Assembly: GCA_010356995.1 (NCBI GenBank)
Contig: ML996692.1
Location: forward strand, 186,001-250,000
DNA from: Trichodelitschia bisporula
Taxonomy: Eukaryota
DNA length: 64,000 bases
Reading direction: 5' to 3'
Part shown: one piece after another, positions 1 to 13,129 of the stretch
Layout of the letters: every line of letters starts with the position of its first letter
Position numbering within the stretch: the first letter of the stretch is position 1
Made by a program: the position numbers and the translations under genes
Notes under the pieces: generated by a model
The model's input: the letters and a program-made list of their open reading frames with translations, nothing else
Told to the model about the DNA's origin: nothing
The model's database searches: none

Positions 1-1154
1 TCGGCAAAGCAAGGTGGGGGAGAATAAGCCCGGGCAATACTCCGTATCAATATGCCAAATATGCAGCGATGGGGAGCGGTGGGATCGCGGTGGGCTGGCG
101 CGTATTTAGCGGACCACTTGGACGCGTGGGCGCGAGGAATCGCGGTCGCGGGATGGGTGAAAGTGGCTGGGATTGATGCAGCAATCAGGCTGAGCGAGTG
201 TTCCTTTCGGGCCAGCAAGCCGACCGGGAGGGAGAAGGAGGAGAAATAGAGATCGGGGCGAGATTATGCATCGCCTTGCTTTTGAAACGCAGGCTGAGTC
301 GAGTCTTGCAGTTGGAGTTGACTGGGGAGGGGGAGAGAATAATGGTTCGTTCGCGTCTTCTTCTTTGATCGGGTATCAGATCTCTGCTGTCTCTGATGGC
401 ATCACCACAGCTTTCCCAGAGGCAGCTTTCTCTCCGACGGTCGAAGAAGATAATATGCATTACGGATTAGAAGGCGGCGCCATGGATAAAACTATCAATC
501 TACCGTAGTCTTGTCACTCCTCCCCCGCGCCCGCCATGGACGGCGTAAATGGCGACTGGCTGGACCAGACAAATAAGGTGCGTGCACTCGCGGAGTCGCG
601 CGCGCTGCGGGTGTCCTTGATGTACCGCGTCCGCCGTGTCCGCACCGGCCGCCGCGCCCCACGGCCTGCCTACCGGCCCTTACACCCATTCCCATTATTC
701 CCACTTACCACAGACACGCCTACACGCTCAAACCACACGCCTCCAGGCAAAAAAGTCACGTCCCAAGTGTGCCTGTGCTTGCTACCAGTGCCCAGCAAAA
801 AGAGACGGCAGTGCCCACTCCCCAAACCCACCTCCCCCTCTCCACTTTGCTGGCCCACAACCCAACCCCAAAGTCAAACCTTGACTGACCCACCACCATT
901 CGCGCGTCTCTTCCTCTCTCAAAACCCTCACATTCTCTTTTCCTTTCCTCTGCTCCTTCTTCTCTTCTCAGCCTCGACTGCGTCTCTTTTCGTCTCTTAA
1001 CCCACTTGTGCTCTCAGCTGCATACGCGCGCCTGCCTCTGCTGCACTCGCGTAAGTTGATACCCGCCTCTCCTCCCAACGGCATCCGAACAGCTTCGAGT
1101 CTTGAACCTTCGATACCAACCTCAAGGCCGCCAAAACGCGTCCTGGCCCTCGAA

Positions 1155-2667
1155 ATGGACAGTTCATCCCCCTCCAAGCCAAATTCGCTCGGTGGATTGC
1201 AATCGGCGCGTCGTGATGCCACGCGTCCGCGCGGTCTCCTCCCGCCTGTCGAGCTCTTCTCATCCCCCATCTCGGCTGGCAAGCGGAAACGTGATGTCCT
1301 CGAGCAGGACAACCTCTACCCCACTCCCGTCCCAACCTCATCACTCGGATTAGAGTGCACGTCACCAGCTCCTCACCTCCTGGATGGCGAAAGCTTCTCG
1401 CCTCTACGCATCGACCGTGAGCCCCTCTCCGATGTGCCTACCGTCGTGCTACCAGCCAATGGCCGCCCCGTCACCTTCGGTCGCTCATCCAAGTCCGCCG
1501 ACGTCAAAATGCACTCCAACACGCTCATCTCCCGCGTCCATTTGAGCGCGTGGTACGATCCCAACGACCGGATGATCTTGATCGAATGTCTTGGCTGGAA
1601 CGGAGCTCAAATTCACTGTCAGGGAAAGATATACGAGCTGCACAAGGAAGAGGCGTTTCATACGAGCGAAGTGGCGGCTACGGTTATGATCGATGCTCAT
1701 GGCTCGCGTGTGGTGGTCGGATGGCCGCAGGAAGCGTTGGTGGATGTGGAGCCCACTCCATCATCACGGAGCGGGACGGAGGAAGTGTCCCCCACACGCG
1801 CGTTTGGCCGTGCGGCTGCGAATCTCGCGTCAAGTCCGCCGCCAATGCCGATGGATCCGCCGTCACCTGCGTCATCACCTGCTCCCGCGATTGACATGTC
1901 AATCACAACCCAAATCGGTTTAGGCGACTCTCACGCCACTATCACCGTGTACGAAGACGACAAGGCCGAGCCTACCGCACCTTCGAGCAGCACTCCGCAG
2001 CCGACAATTTTCTACAACGAGAACGAGAATGAGAACGATGCCGAGTCGGACGCTGACGATGCCAATGATGACGAGAACGATCCCTTGATCCACTCGTTCG
2101 GTCCTGCTGGTTCTAGTATCCTCTCGAGTCTCGCCTCTTTCAATAAGTCTCCTCTTCGACCCCGCGGTCGCAGTAAAACGCGTAAAAGTGCTCCGAGCTC
2201 GAACTCAGCAGCATCGCGATCCTCCAGCACCATCGTGTCAACTGAACATTTCAAAACGAGCCCTATCAAGAACCATGTCATTAACCAGCTCGCCTTTTCT
2301 CGCGTACACTCGATTCCCCTTAGCACTATAATGAGCGCCCTGCCCAAGGATCTGAAGAAGAGTACATCGGCCGATGCGGCGGATCTTGGCGCGAAGGAGT
2401 TGGAAAGTATGCTGTTCGGGATTCCGTGCGTGGGCGAGATCAAGCGCGAGGGCAAGGATGCTGCGGGCAAGCCTTTGGAGGACGAGTTTTACTACCTGCC
2501 CGAGATGGACGACAACACCATGCGGCGGGAGGCGGTGACGGCCGGAATGGGACGGACGGGCCTGCGGGAAGTGCGAAAGAGTCATAAGGTGAGCACAACT
2601 TGGAGTTCAACAAGGAGCTTTGTACTGACCGCTACAGCAATACTACTGGAAGAAGCCGCGCAACTAG
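1155..2667 (+). CDS. TOS4: Tos4/Plm2-like FHA-domain protein (G1/S regulator); exons 1155-2588 and 2638-2667
   Basis: FHA motif 'VTFGRSSKSAD...NTLISRVHL...LGWNG'; conserved C-terminal 'GKDAAGKPLEDEFYY'; intron GTGAGC...ACTGAC...TACAG (2589-2637) restores the 'RKSHKQYYWKKPRN*' tail. First in-frame ATG is at 1155. Confidence 0.85.
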
Positions 2668-4090
2668 CTTGGAACTGGATTTTGGGTTTTGTGCACTGCA
2701 TAGCTTGCCTTGGGCGGACTCACGATTGGCATCCTGATTCTTGGTCGACCTATATACCTCTTCTCTTTATATCCCTCTTCAATCCCATGAGCCTCACGCT
2801 TGAGGTTTATGCCCTTCATGACTTCTCCGCCCCCGTTTTCTCCCTTCCATTCTACACACATTAGCATGGTGTTCGGCGTTAAGTGGGCAATACCCTCCTG
2901 GAATTGCAGTGTTCAGGGCATTGCTTTTGTTTATATCTTCCCTTTCATCCACCCTTTGCGTCTCCTCGACATCACAGCGAATCTTCCCTACCCTTCCCCC
3001 ATCCTCCCTTTCCGGCTCGAACTCCCATGTACCACTATCACCTCACTGGTCCCTTTCCCAACGTCTATATTGGCTTCGGCGTTTTCGCGCATTCGATACC
3101 ACGGGTCCCTAACGGCGGTATGGAACGGATTTATGGCTTCTTTTTGGCGAGTCGGTCGCGAGGGTCCGCACCGCATGTTTGTGTTTGTGGCCTGGTTGGC
3201 TGAAATGGCCTGCGCTGTGCTGTATGCTAGTTTACAGTAAAAGTCGGATGTGTTGCACTTGCTGAGGCTGTGTGTGATGTGTGGCCCGTGATTGTGTGCG
3301 AGGGGGCGTTTACGAATCCGGCGCGTCGCTTGAAGCCGACGGACGATGTCATCGCCCCTGAATTCCTAACTTGATGCCAGCGGCTTCACGACTGATATGC
3401 GGGCTCCGTTACATGGCATCCTGTCCACATTCCCAAATCTATTCGTGGACTTGCTCCCACCGCGTATACCTACCCATAACGACATAAGTAGAACCGCTGC
3501 AGCTTTACCTTATTCTCGTCCTCCGGCCCCGGAGTTAAGATTCTCGGTCGCAACTTCCATCACAACCCTCATTTCCGTACACGCAAAACCTACTCAACAC
3601 CCACCTCCCGCTACGCACCTCCTCAAAATCACTCAAAAACTCTCCCTCACTAGCACCATTCCATTCCATCCCTCTGTCTAGCAGAAAAGACGTCAATCCC
3701 TCAACCCGAATTTTCCACCCCGCAAATCCATTTTCAGCCTTGCAACCAAATCTAACAACAAAAACCCAAAAACCCAAAAACCAACCAACAACCAACAACT
3801 ACACACACCAGTCCCACTTCGTCATCCATCTTCAAAAGAAATACCGCCCTCCTACCTCTTACAATGCAGTTCACGTCCTCCCAAACTTTTAACCTCCCCC
3901 TCACCTCTCCCCTCACACGCGACTCAGCCTTGCCCTTCCACGCGTGACGTCAGCCATCGCGCTCTCACATGACGTTTTTTGAGTCCCGCTGCCCAAACCA
4001 GCCAATCAACGCCCCTGCCGAGCCGAACCTCGGCACACACGCCATAAAACTGTACATATTGATGTTTGGGATTTCGGTGCAGCAAGAAAT

Positions 4091-4180
4091 GCCCGGGTAG
4101 CTCAATCGGTAGAGCGTGTGGCTCTTATGCCTCAAAGCATTGAAACCTCAAGGTCGCGAGTTCGAGCCTCGCCTCGGGCT
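4091..4180 (+). tRNA. tRNA-Lys(CTT) with a 17-nt intron (4128-4144)
   Basis: Cloverleaf: acceptor GCCCGGG/CTCGGGC, D arm GCTC/GAGC, anticodon loop CT-CTT-A, T arm GCGAG-TTCGAGC-CTCGC; oligo-T Pol III terminator follows. Confidence 0.95.
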
Positions 4181-4771
4181 TCTTTTTTTCCATCCTCGAG
4201 GCCTGGAGGGGTGTAAGACGGGCGGGGGTCGGCGGTGAGAAGTCATTTTGGTTCTCCGGAGTTGGGATGAAAGGTAGATGGTCGGATGTATGCTACTGCA
4301 GTGTAACGTGCAATAGGACGGAGTGGGTGCGGCCTCTTCTTTTGGAAAATTGCCTGTGGCTAGGCAGAGGCTTGGGCGCCTTCTTTGCGAGCGGAGTGAA
4401 TCGTAGCAAAGAAAGGACGCTGGAATGGCCCCTGATGAAGCAGTAGCCATGGAAAGAGGCCGTTGAAATAGCCGCTGGCAACACACTGCTGGAAGCTCGA
4501 GCACACGCGTAAGAAAGGTTAAGATAGCACACTGCAAGGATATATGGAGGAATTGGATCATTCTTGTTGGATACGCTACCCCAGCAAACCGATACTTCAT
4601 CAGGTAAACCCCACAGCATCCCCAGAATACCAGGACTCGACACCAGGAGCAGTCTTCGAGTTCATAATTGCATTCCTACCCGGCCATGTAAAATGAGTCC
4701 TAGTCTACACCGTCCGAGGCAAGAAAACACCCGCAACCCCAACAGCGCCAGCCAGGCCGAAGAGCCGTCGT

Positions 4772-5511
<740 letters not shown>

Positions 5512-5725
5512 TCAGGGTGGCGCTATTTCACACTAGGCCAACAAAATGTCATCGACTGATCACCAATTACCTCAACTCAAATGTTCGGTCCAGCACAAAT
5601 TGGAATTTAAGTCGATGGCCATAGAATCATGAAGATCGCAGATGCTATTCTACGGGTATCAATCGTTTGAATTCCGCACCAGACGCCGTGTGCCCATTTA
5701 CTCCTCTCTTAGATTCCCAATACCA

Positions 5726-7489
5726 TCATGAAATGCTCATGCCGCTCATGCCGTCGTCCAAATCCTCCTCTTGGTCCGCCGTCCGTTTCACCTGTCGTAT
5801 CAACTCCACTTCCACCGCAAAGACCCTATCAACAACTGTCTTTAACGGAAAGCCTGCCAGTCTCGCCGCGACCTCGTAAAACCGCTTAACGTAGCCCTCC
5901 AACTCACTCTCCTTGCGGTACCGCCGATAATGATTCCCCGGCCGTGGGACTGATCTTCCGAGCTCAAGCTCTTCATCTTCAGTAATAGCCCTGCGCGGCT
6001 TCAGACTCGTCTGCACGGCGCGCAGTTTCTCAATCTTGAGCCTCTCGATCTCATATCTCGTCGGCTTCTGTGCTGGCACAGCACCACTCTCGCCGACTGG
6101 AAACATCTCGAAGATAGCGCGTCGGAAGTCTGCATCTCCGGTCACTCCTTCCTCCTCGCCTGCTAGCCACGATTTTGAATACCAGTCCAGATAGTCGTCC
6201 AGCTTCTCTTCTGACATGTCCAGCACATCCGCCTCCTTCACCTGCATTGCCTCGCTGTACCCTAACCGATCCGGGTTCTTGAAGGTATCTTCGTATGCCT
6301 TCGTAGCCATGTCCCAAGACTCCCAATCTATGATTGCGGCACTCGGCTCATCGTCTTTGGTGGGATAACGCTTGATGCCGTCCATAGGGTACAGCAACTT
6401 GACAGCCACTATCACCGTCGAAATGAGCTGCAACTCAGGACAATCAGCAGCCCGGCGTCGATGCGGCTTATCAGGATACTTGAAGTCGAACTTAGCCAAA
6501 GCCGCAAGCCGCCGGGCTGCCGGGTACACCTCGAGCGGCAAGGCTAGCTCTTTGATGTAGCGAAACAGGTGCAGCGGGAAATTGAGCGGTGGGAGGATGA
6601 ACCCGAAGTCGCGCTGGTGCGAGTGGAAGAGCTGGACCACCGCTTTATGCAACTTTCGCGTGTTGAGCGTGGTCCGTGGATCGAGAAGTTGCTGGTAGCT
6701 GCCCGGCATACGATTCCGCATTTCGTGGGGAATGGCATTGATGGCGCGGTAGTAGAGGAGCTCACCTTCTGTGACCCACGTAAAGAAGTCGCTGAAGAAC
6801 ACGGGCAGCCGGAGGAGGTAGGCGCCCATGTAGCAGAGAGCAAGCATGTGAACGAGTTTTGGTGTGGAGCGGGTTCTAACCACGCTCGTTGCGTCGCTTT
6901 CTGCGCCTGTGTCCTCGGATTGGGAGCTGTACATTGGTGTCTGGCTTTCGGTGTCGGAGAATGGGTCTGTATCCATGGATGTGGATAGACTTTGCAAACG
7001 AAGAGCCCATAGATCGTGGACTATCATCTATCACCCCATAAGTATATGTGATCCGCTTAGATCGCCCAAAGGTTTATTTGTATCAGATGGCGAAGGTGAT
7101 TCAACTTACCTCCAATTCCTCAGGAAATCCCTTTTCCTTGATCAGAGACCATACTTGCTTCCTCAGCACTAACTGAGAGGCCAGCAAATAGAGCTCAAAA
7201 GCTCTTCGGCCACGGAAATCTGCATGAGGGCGTTAGCCATCTCTACCCACGCCTCTGAGCAGCATCAAAGCGGAAAGAGTGCCCCACGTTTTCGAGTAGA
7301 CTCCGCCGCCTCCTTCTGTCGCCTTGTCGTCCGGCCCTGGCCGCCGGCCGTGAAAGCATCCTCATCTTCTGGTGGACGCACACGCGCGCCTTCTCTAAGA
7401 TGACCGTTTTGGCAGAAGAATTGGCCCGATTCATCAGCGCGATACCGTCGTGAGCGGCACCCGTCAATTCCACAGACTTCACCACGCAT
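5726..7489 (-). CDS. RRN7: RNA polymerase I core factor subunit Rrn7 (TFIIB-like), 3 exons
   Basis: N-terminal Zn ribbon 'CGIDGCRSRRY...GQFFCQNGH'; middle exon 'RAFELYLLASQLVLRKQVWSLIKEKGFPEELE' splices to 'MIVHDLWALRL'; 'LFRYIKELALPLEVY' cyclin-fold region. Confidence 0.85.
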
Positions 7490-7952
7490 AATGGGCGGTA
7501 CTTTCCGCCAGGCTGCGAAGGAGTAATCAAGTTTTAATCTTCTGAGGAGGCGCTACTCGAACTAATGATGGTTTGGTAATCACGGTTTGCATCGATGTTG
7601 GAGTTATGGAAGGCGAGCAATCTTGGCTGCAGCTGTCTGATGCTGAGGTCCGAGGTCACGAGTCCTTCGACCGCATGGTGTTGGCCATGTCGCCACAAGT
7701 TACAAGAGCATTAAGAAAATCGTCGTTTAAGTCAATTGCATAATCCTCGCCAGGTATCACGATCCGCCTGCACTGGCGCCCGGCTGTAGTGATCTAGCTT
7801 GAACCCATGCTCGTAAACATGGAAAACACACACCATAGCCCTTTCCACGTCCTTTTCAACACTTTGGAGAATATTTAAACGCTACCAACTGCCTGGCCGC
7901 GTGCGTTTGGACACGCAAAGCGACGTTAAATCTCTCCAACTGTACCGCCCAT

Positions 7953-8668
7953 TTACTTCGGGGCCTCCTTAGCGTCAATCGCAGCCTCCTCGCCCATGGC
8001 AGTCAGGACAATGACGTCTGCACTCGTTAGCATTTAAACTCTTGCAAATGATGTAGAGACGCACTAGTGTCCTTGCCTTCCTCATGGAAGAGCTTCTTGA
8101 TCTTGTCACCGACTTCGCCGTCCGGGACCTTAACATCGTCCTTGGTGGAGCCGTCGTCGGACATCAGGGACAGGAAACCGTCATCAGTCACGTCAAGCTT
8201 AAGTTGATAAGCAAATGCGCCCCATTCACAAATGTTGCGCCACTTACGAGCTGGTACTCCTGGCGGCGAACGTTGGGAACGTCCATGTTATGGGTGGACG
8301 GGCAGAGATCTTCAAGCTTCTTGCCAGTGAAGATGTCGATGGCAACGAGATGGACCTTCGCGTGGCCGTGCTTGCCGGTCTTCGAGGTCGACATCTCGAC
8401 AATCTTGCAGGGACGGTTCTTGATCACAACGAAACCGTTCTTGCGCAGAGCAGAGCACTGCATCGGGTAGGTGGTCGAGGCACCGGCATCGGCGCTCTCA
8501 AAGGTGTGCTCATGCTGTATCGCGGACAAGAGGTTAGCATCTCTCGTTGAGTGAAAAATGGCAGTGTCTTGACGGCACACGCGATGTGGCAACAGGCGAC
8601 AATCCATAAAAGCGGGGTACAGGACAGGCGCGGGGAGGGGCAGTAATTACCTGGGCATCGTCCGCCAT
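7953..8668 (-). CDS. HYP2: Translation factor eIF5A (multi-exon)
   Basis: Hypusine motif '[16 protein letters not shown]'; starts [19 protein letters not shown]; ends ...[15 protein letters not shown]. Confidence 0.97.
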
Positions 8669-9417
8669 TTTGAGGATAGTAGTGAAGGAGGTAGGTGGTT
8701 CGGGTGTTGTTGGCGTAAATGATGTGCAATGTTCAAAAAGGAACGAAGAGGGCGGCGAGAGAGGAAGGGCTTTATGGGAGTTGAGCGACGATGGAGGGGT
8801 TTGGATGAAATCGGGGTGGAAGGCCGAGCCTCTCAAGAAAGTTGTGCGCCGCCAAGTGCTAAGAATTTTGCGGGGCTCTTTTTTCGCTGGCGTCAAGGCA
8901 CGGGCCAAGGCCAGGAAACCCTGCTGCCTGACATCCGCCTGACCCTCGGGTGGAGTGTAAATCCGGCAGCGTGCGAGTCTGTGGCGCATGGCTGATTGGC
9001 AATGAAGCTGTACTGTGGTAGACTTCGCGCGGTAAAGCTTCAGACAGATATCTTCTTGAGGGCAGGGGCAACTTGAGCTTTTGACCTCTTCAAATTTGTC
9101 CTTCAGTCACCGTCCTTCAACTGCTACCTGCTTCGTCCATATTACTCGTTGTCGCTGTCACTTCGTCGACTATTGACCCAGACTGATTGGAGATAGTGCT
9201 TTGGTGACGCGCATATGCGCATGTCGCGTTGGCAGTAGCACCTGTGGTGACTTACATCCCACTCGGCCTCTTTTACTGAATGAGTGGAACAAAGTTTTCA
9301 GATTTGCTCAGTTAGTCTATCACCGTGGTTCCCCGATTCCTGTGAATGTGCTAATTCCTCTAGGCCCCGACAAGCACACAGCCACCGCTATTGCGTGCCC
9401 AATTCTCTGCACGAACC

Positions 9418-11680
9418 ATGGTTCCTGACCGTGTAGCGACTCAATCGCCCGCGGGGACACCTCCCCGAAGTCAGACATACTCTCCGGCCCCTCGTCGCGG
9501 GCCATATCCCAGCCAACCTCAGTTTCCCCCTCGACCAAATGCCACCCCTCGCGTGTCATCCCTCTCCTTAGTATCCACTCCCGCTGCATCCACAACGAAT
9601 CTACCTACCTTAGGTGTCCCACATGTCGTGCCCGCAAGGACACGTATGCCTCCATCAGATGCTGCAGATCCGTTACAAGTGCTGCAAGCCATAATGGGCG
9701 GGCCGGTGCGTGAAGGGAAGAGGTCAAGAGACGCACAGCTTCCAGACTTGCTGGCCGACATTGATTTTGGAGGCCTCGGCCTAGAAGATTTCGCGAAGCA
9801 AGAGGCAAGCTCGCCGCCGCTCAATGTACATAGTTATACCGCACAATCGATCGAGGAATGTAAGTTTGGTGTCCTGAAGTGCAGCGTTTGCTTACATGCC
9901 AGACAACCGCGAGAAAGATAAGTTTGAAGATCTCCACCGCTCGATCTCAGTAGGTCTACCTTCCATCCCGTAAAAAAGTCATACCCAAGTCCCACATGTA
10001 AACCTCTAGCCGATGTATAAAAACCGACCGAGCTGTATACCATCCGTAGAAATGTGGGCACTCTCGTACTCTTATATATCCGTAGAAATTCGCTAACGCT
10101 CCAGGCGTGTGACAACATCCTTTCGTCTGTAGAAACATATTTGACCAATTTCCAATCTGATTTGGGTTCCGTTTCTTCGGAGATCGAAACACTCCAGTCG
10201 CGCTCGACTACCTTGAACCAAAGGCTGGAAAACCGGCGTGTTGTAGAAAAGCTTCTCGGTCCAACTGTGGAAGAGATCAGCCTCTCGCCCGCCATAGTAC
10301 GCAAGATCGCCGAAGGTCCCATCGATGAATCGTGGATTAAGGCGCTGCAGGAGCTGGATAAGCGGACGAAGGTCATCGAGGCGAAGCTGAAGGATGGGAG
10401 TAAACTGAAGGCGGTCGAGGATCTCAAGCCTCTGCTCGACGACTTGAACAACAAGGTATGCTACATCTTTTGAGGCTTGCGCTCGGCTGACATCCAAGGC
10501 CGTCGAACGGATCCGCGACTATCTCGTCAGCCAAATCAAAGCCCTGAGGTCCCCCAATATCAATGCTCAGATCATCCAGTCGCAGTCCTTTGCTGGCTAC
10601 CAGGACCTATACGCCTTTCTCGCCCGCCACCAGCAATCGCTCGCGGATGGGATATGCCAGGCCTACATCAATACTATGCGCTGGTATTACTTGAACCACT
10701 TTACACGCTATGAGGCAGCTCTTCGTCAGCTTAAACTTCACAGCATCGACAAGACTGAGCTGCTGGGGACCATTGACGACCCTGCAGCACGCCGTGGCAA
10801 GGGGCCGCAGACAGTTGACCCATTCTCCCTCGGGCGGCGTCTGGAAGTGCTCAAGAATCCGTCGCCTTCGGCACTGTCGGCATATTTGGCGGGTGAGAAC
10901 AAGGGGACACACTTCCTCGAACTCCCCTTCCGCGCCTTCAACCTTGCCCTCATCGACAATGCTAGCTATGAATACACATTCCTCTCCAACTTCTTCGCAG
11001 CAACTCACAGTTTCCACGCCATAACCCGCACTTTCGACGCCATCTTTGCCCCCACGGTCGCCCTAGGCCAAGCGTACACGAAATCGCTGGTAGAAAACAC
11101 CACAGACGCACTCGGGATCCTGCTCGCGGTGCGCATAAACCAAGCTCTAGCCTTTGACTTACAGCGCCGCAAAGTGCCTGCTGTGGAGAACTACACGAAT
11201 GCAACGAATATGCTCCTTTGGCCGCGCTTCCAGCAAGTCCTCGACCAACACGTTGATTCGCTGAAGCGCGCTGCAGCGGCGGTTCCATCCCGAAGTGCGC
11301 CGGCGGCTACGGCGTCCGCATTGCTGGCGGCTGCCACGGGACAGGGAGCATCGGTTTCGGGTCAGTCGACAGCGCCGCACCCGCTCACGCAGCGATTGGC
11401 CAGCTTCCTGGCTGGGTTGCTGGAGCTCAGTGCCGAGGCTGGGGATGAGGAACCGGTTGCGAGGAGCGTTGGCCGGTTGAGAGCAGAGTTCGACTTGCTG
11501 CTTGGTCGCTTGAGCCGCAATATTGGCGGGGTAGGCGCCGAGCAGAGGAAGAAGCGGTTCCTGTTCAACAACTACAGCTTGGTCGGCACAATACTCGAGG
11601 AGACGAAGGGGCGGCTCGCGGATGAAATCAAGGCGGATTACGCGAGACTGAAGCAGGAGAATGGTGATGCATTGAGCTAG
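9418..11680 (+). CDS. VPS52: GARP complex subunit Vps52/Sac2; introns 9860-9902, 9950-10104 and about 10456-10498
   Basis: 'DKFEDLHRSIS|ACDNILSSVETYLTNFQSDLGSVSSEIETLQSRS', 'LRSPNINAQIIQ', 'MLLWPRFQQVLDQH', 'FLFNNYSLV'. Confidence 0.92.
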
Positions 11681-13129
11681 GACTAGACATTGTTTACTCA
11701 GGAGCAAGCGATTTGACATGCACATTGATTCCATTCGTAGCCTTCATCATCACCCTCTCCGTGTCTCTGATCTTTGATGTGCCTAGCCTTCCTTTTTTAG
11801 CCTCCGCCCCGAAGCCCCCAGCGGAAGTCAAGAAGCCGACGACAAGCAAGTAAATTGGCACAAGCCAAGAACTTGTCCGTTTCTTGATCCCCCCAAGGAG
11901 GAGACCAGCGCTACAAAGCTTGACATCACGAAATGCCCCCCAGGAAACAAATAACCAAACCAGGCTATCTCCAGGGCCAGCCGCACCCCGCCAAGGGCGC
12001 AACCCGCCATCAGAAAACGCGCCCAAGCTGATCCCGCCCGTCAGAAAACGCACGCAAGATCGAGCCTGGCGGTCCCTCCTCGGCCTCGCCTCGTCTGCCA
12101 CAGGGATGCTGGGGACACTGCGCGTCGCGGATCGGAAACGCGGGCGTGCGCGCGGCAAGCGCCATTGGTGCGCGGGTGTTGCCGCGCTCGGCGGGATCGG
12201 GGCCAAGGCGGCCGGCTGGGCAGGGCGAGAGGAGGCGGCGGGTTGCCGCTGTGGGCGGGGCCGGGATGAGGGAGGGGGTCTTTTGGGGCCTATCATCGGG
12301 AGTGGAATGGGGTTGTGAAGTTGTTGTTGAGGGGTGAGCTGATGACCGCCGGGTTTGCTCACCGGGTTGCTCGGCGGCTTCTGAGGCGGGTGAGGGCAAG
12401 GGGCCGCGAATGGGGAATAGGGATGCGACGGGCTGGGCTTGCCTCTCGTCTCGAGACGACCGATTTGGGAGACACGCGGGTTTGATGACTTGTCGTGCTT
12501 TTGTCTCGCTCTTCTTTCCCCGCGAAATGCGGCTCAGAGACAGAGGCTAGTGGTGGTACGACGTCATGTTGACTTGGGCGCGCCTGGACCACCACGCGTC
12601 GAGCCCACAACGTTATCACCAACATCATCACCACCATCTCCCGCCGCAGCAAAGTCGCGATGTTCTCGCATCGCGCCCCAAAACTTTGTTCAGCTAAACA
12701 TACCCTTTGACAGCCAAAAACAATCTTCTTGTCGTTTGTTTCCCGTCTCCTTTTCCTCGTGCCTGCGCCGGAAACGCGCCCTTTGCAACTGTTTCCTCCC
12801 CTCCGACGCGACGGGTTTCAGGCACTCTTGTCGAGCAAAATCACCTTGGCATACCAAGAGTCCATCGAAACTTCAACCTCCTGCCATGGCCGAATGCTAA
12901 GAAATGCTAAAGGATATATTTTCACGGCCTTGCCGCCGAAATGCTCACCATCATCACGCACCACATCCAGCATCACAGCTTTTCAGCCGAGTACAGGTGA
13001 CTCGGTCCGTTCTTTGTCTTCTTCATACATTCTCTTCTACTTGCTGGGCAAGACCACTCTGTTATCCCAAACCATCTCCAGCGGAGACCAATCACACCAG
13101 TCCTTTCATCCTTTCATCTCGCTATCAAA

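Noticed and set aside
1..483. Possible first exon (ATG GCG CCG CCT TCT AAT CC|GTAATG) of a minus-strand gene leaving the window
   Set aside because: Too short to identify, and the downstream exon cannot be verified.
1008..1154. N-terminal extension of the TOS4 ORF, and its read-through tail to 2864
   Set aside because: The ORF track starts at a GTG and reads through an intron; the spliced model gives the conserved C-terminus.
11694..12399. Overlapping GC-rich ORFs of 130-220 aa between VPS52 and the secreted protein
   Set aside because: No recognisable motif, no consistent codon bias and no clear ATG start; probably intergenic, though an orphan gene cannot be excluded.
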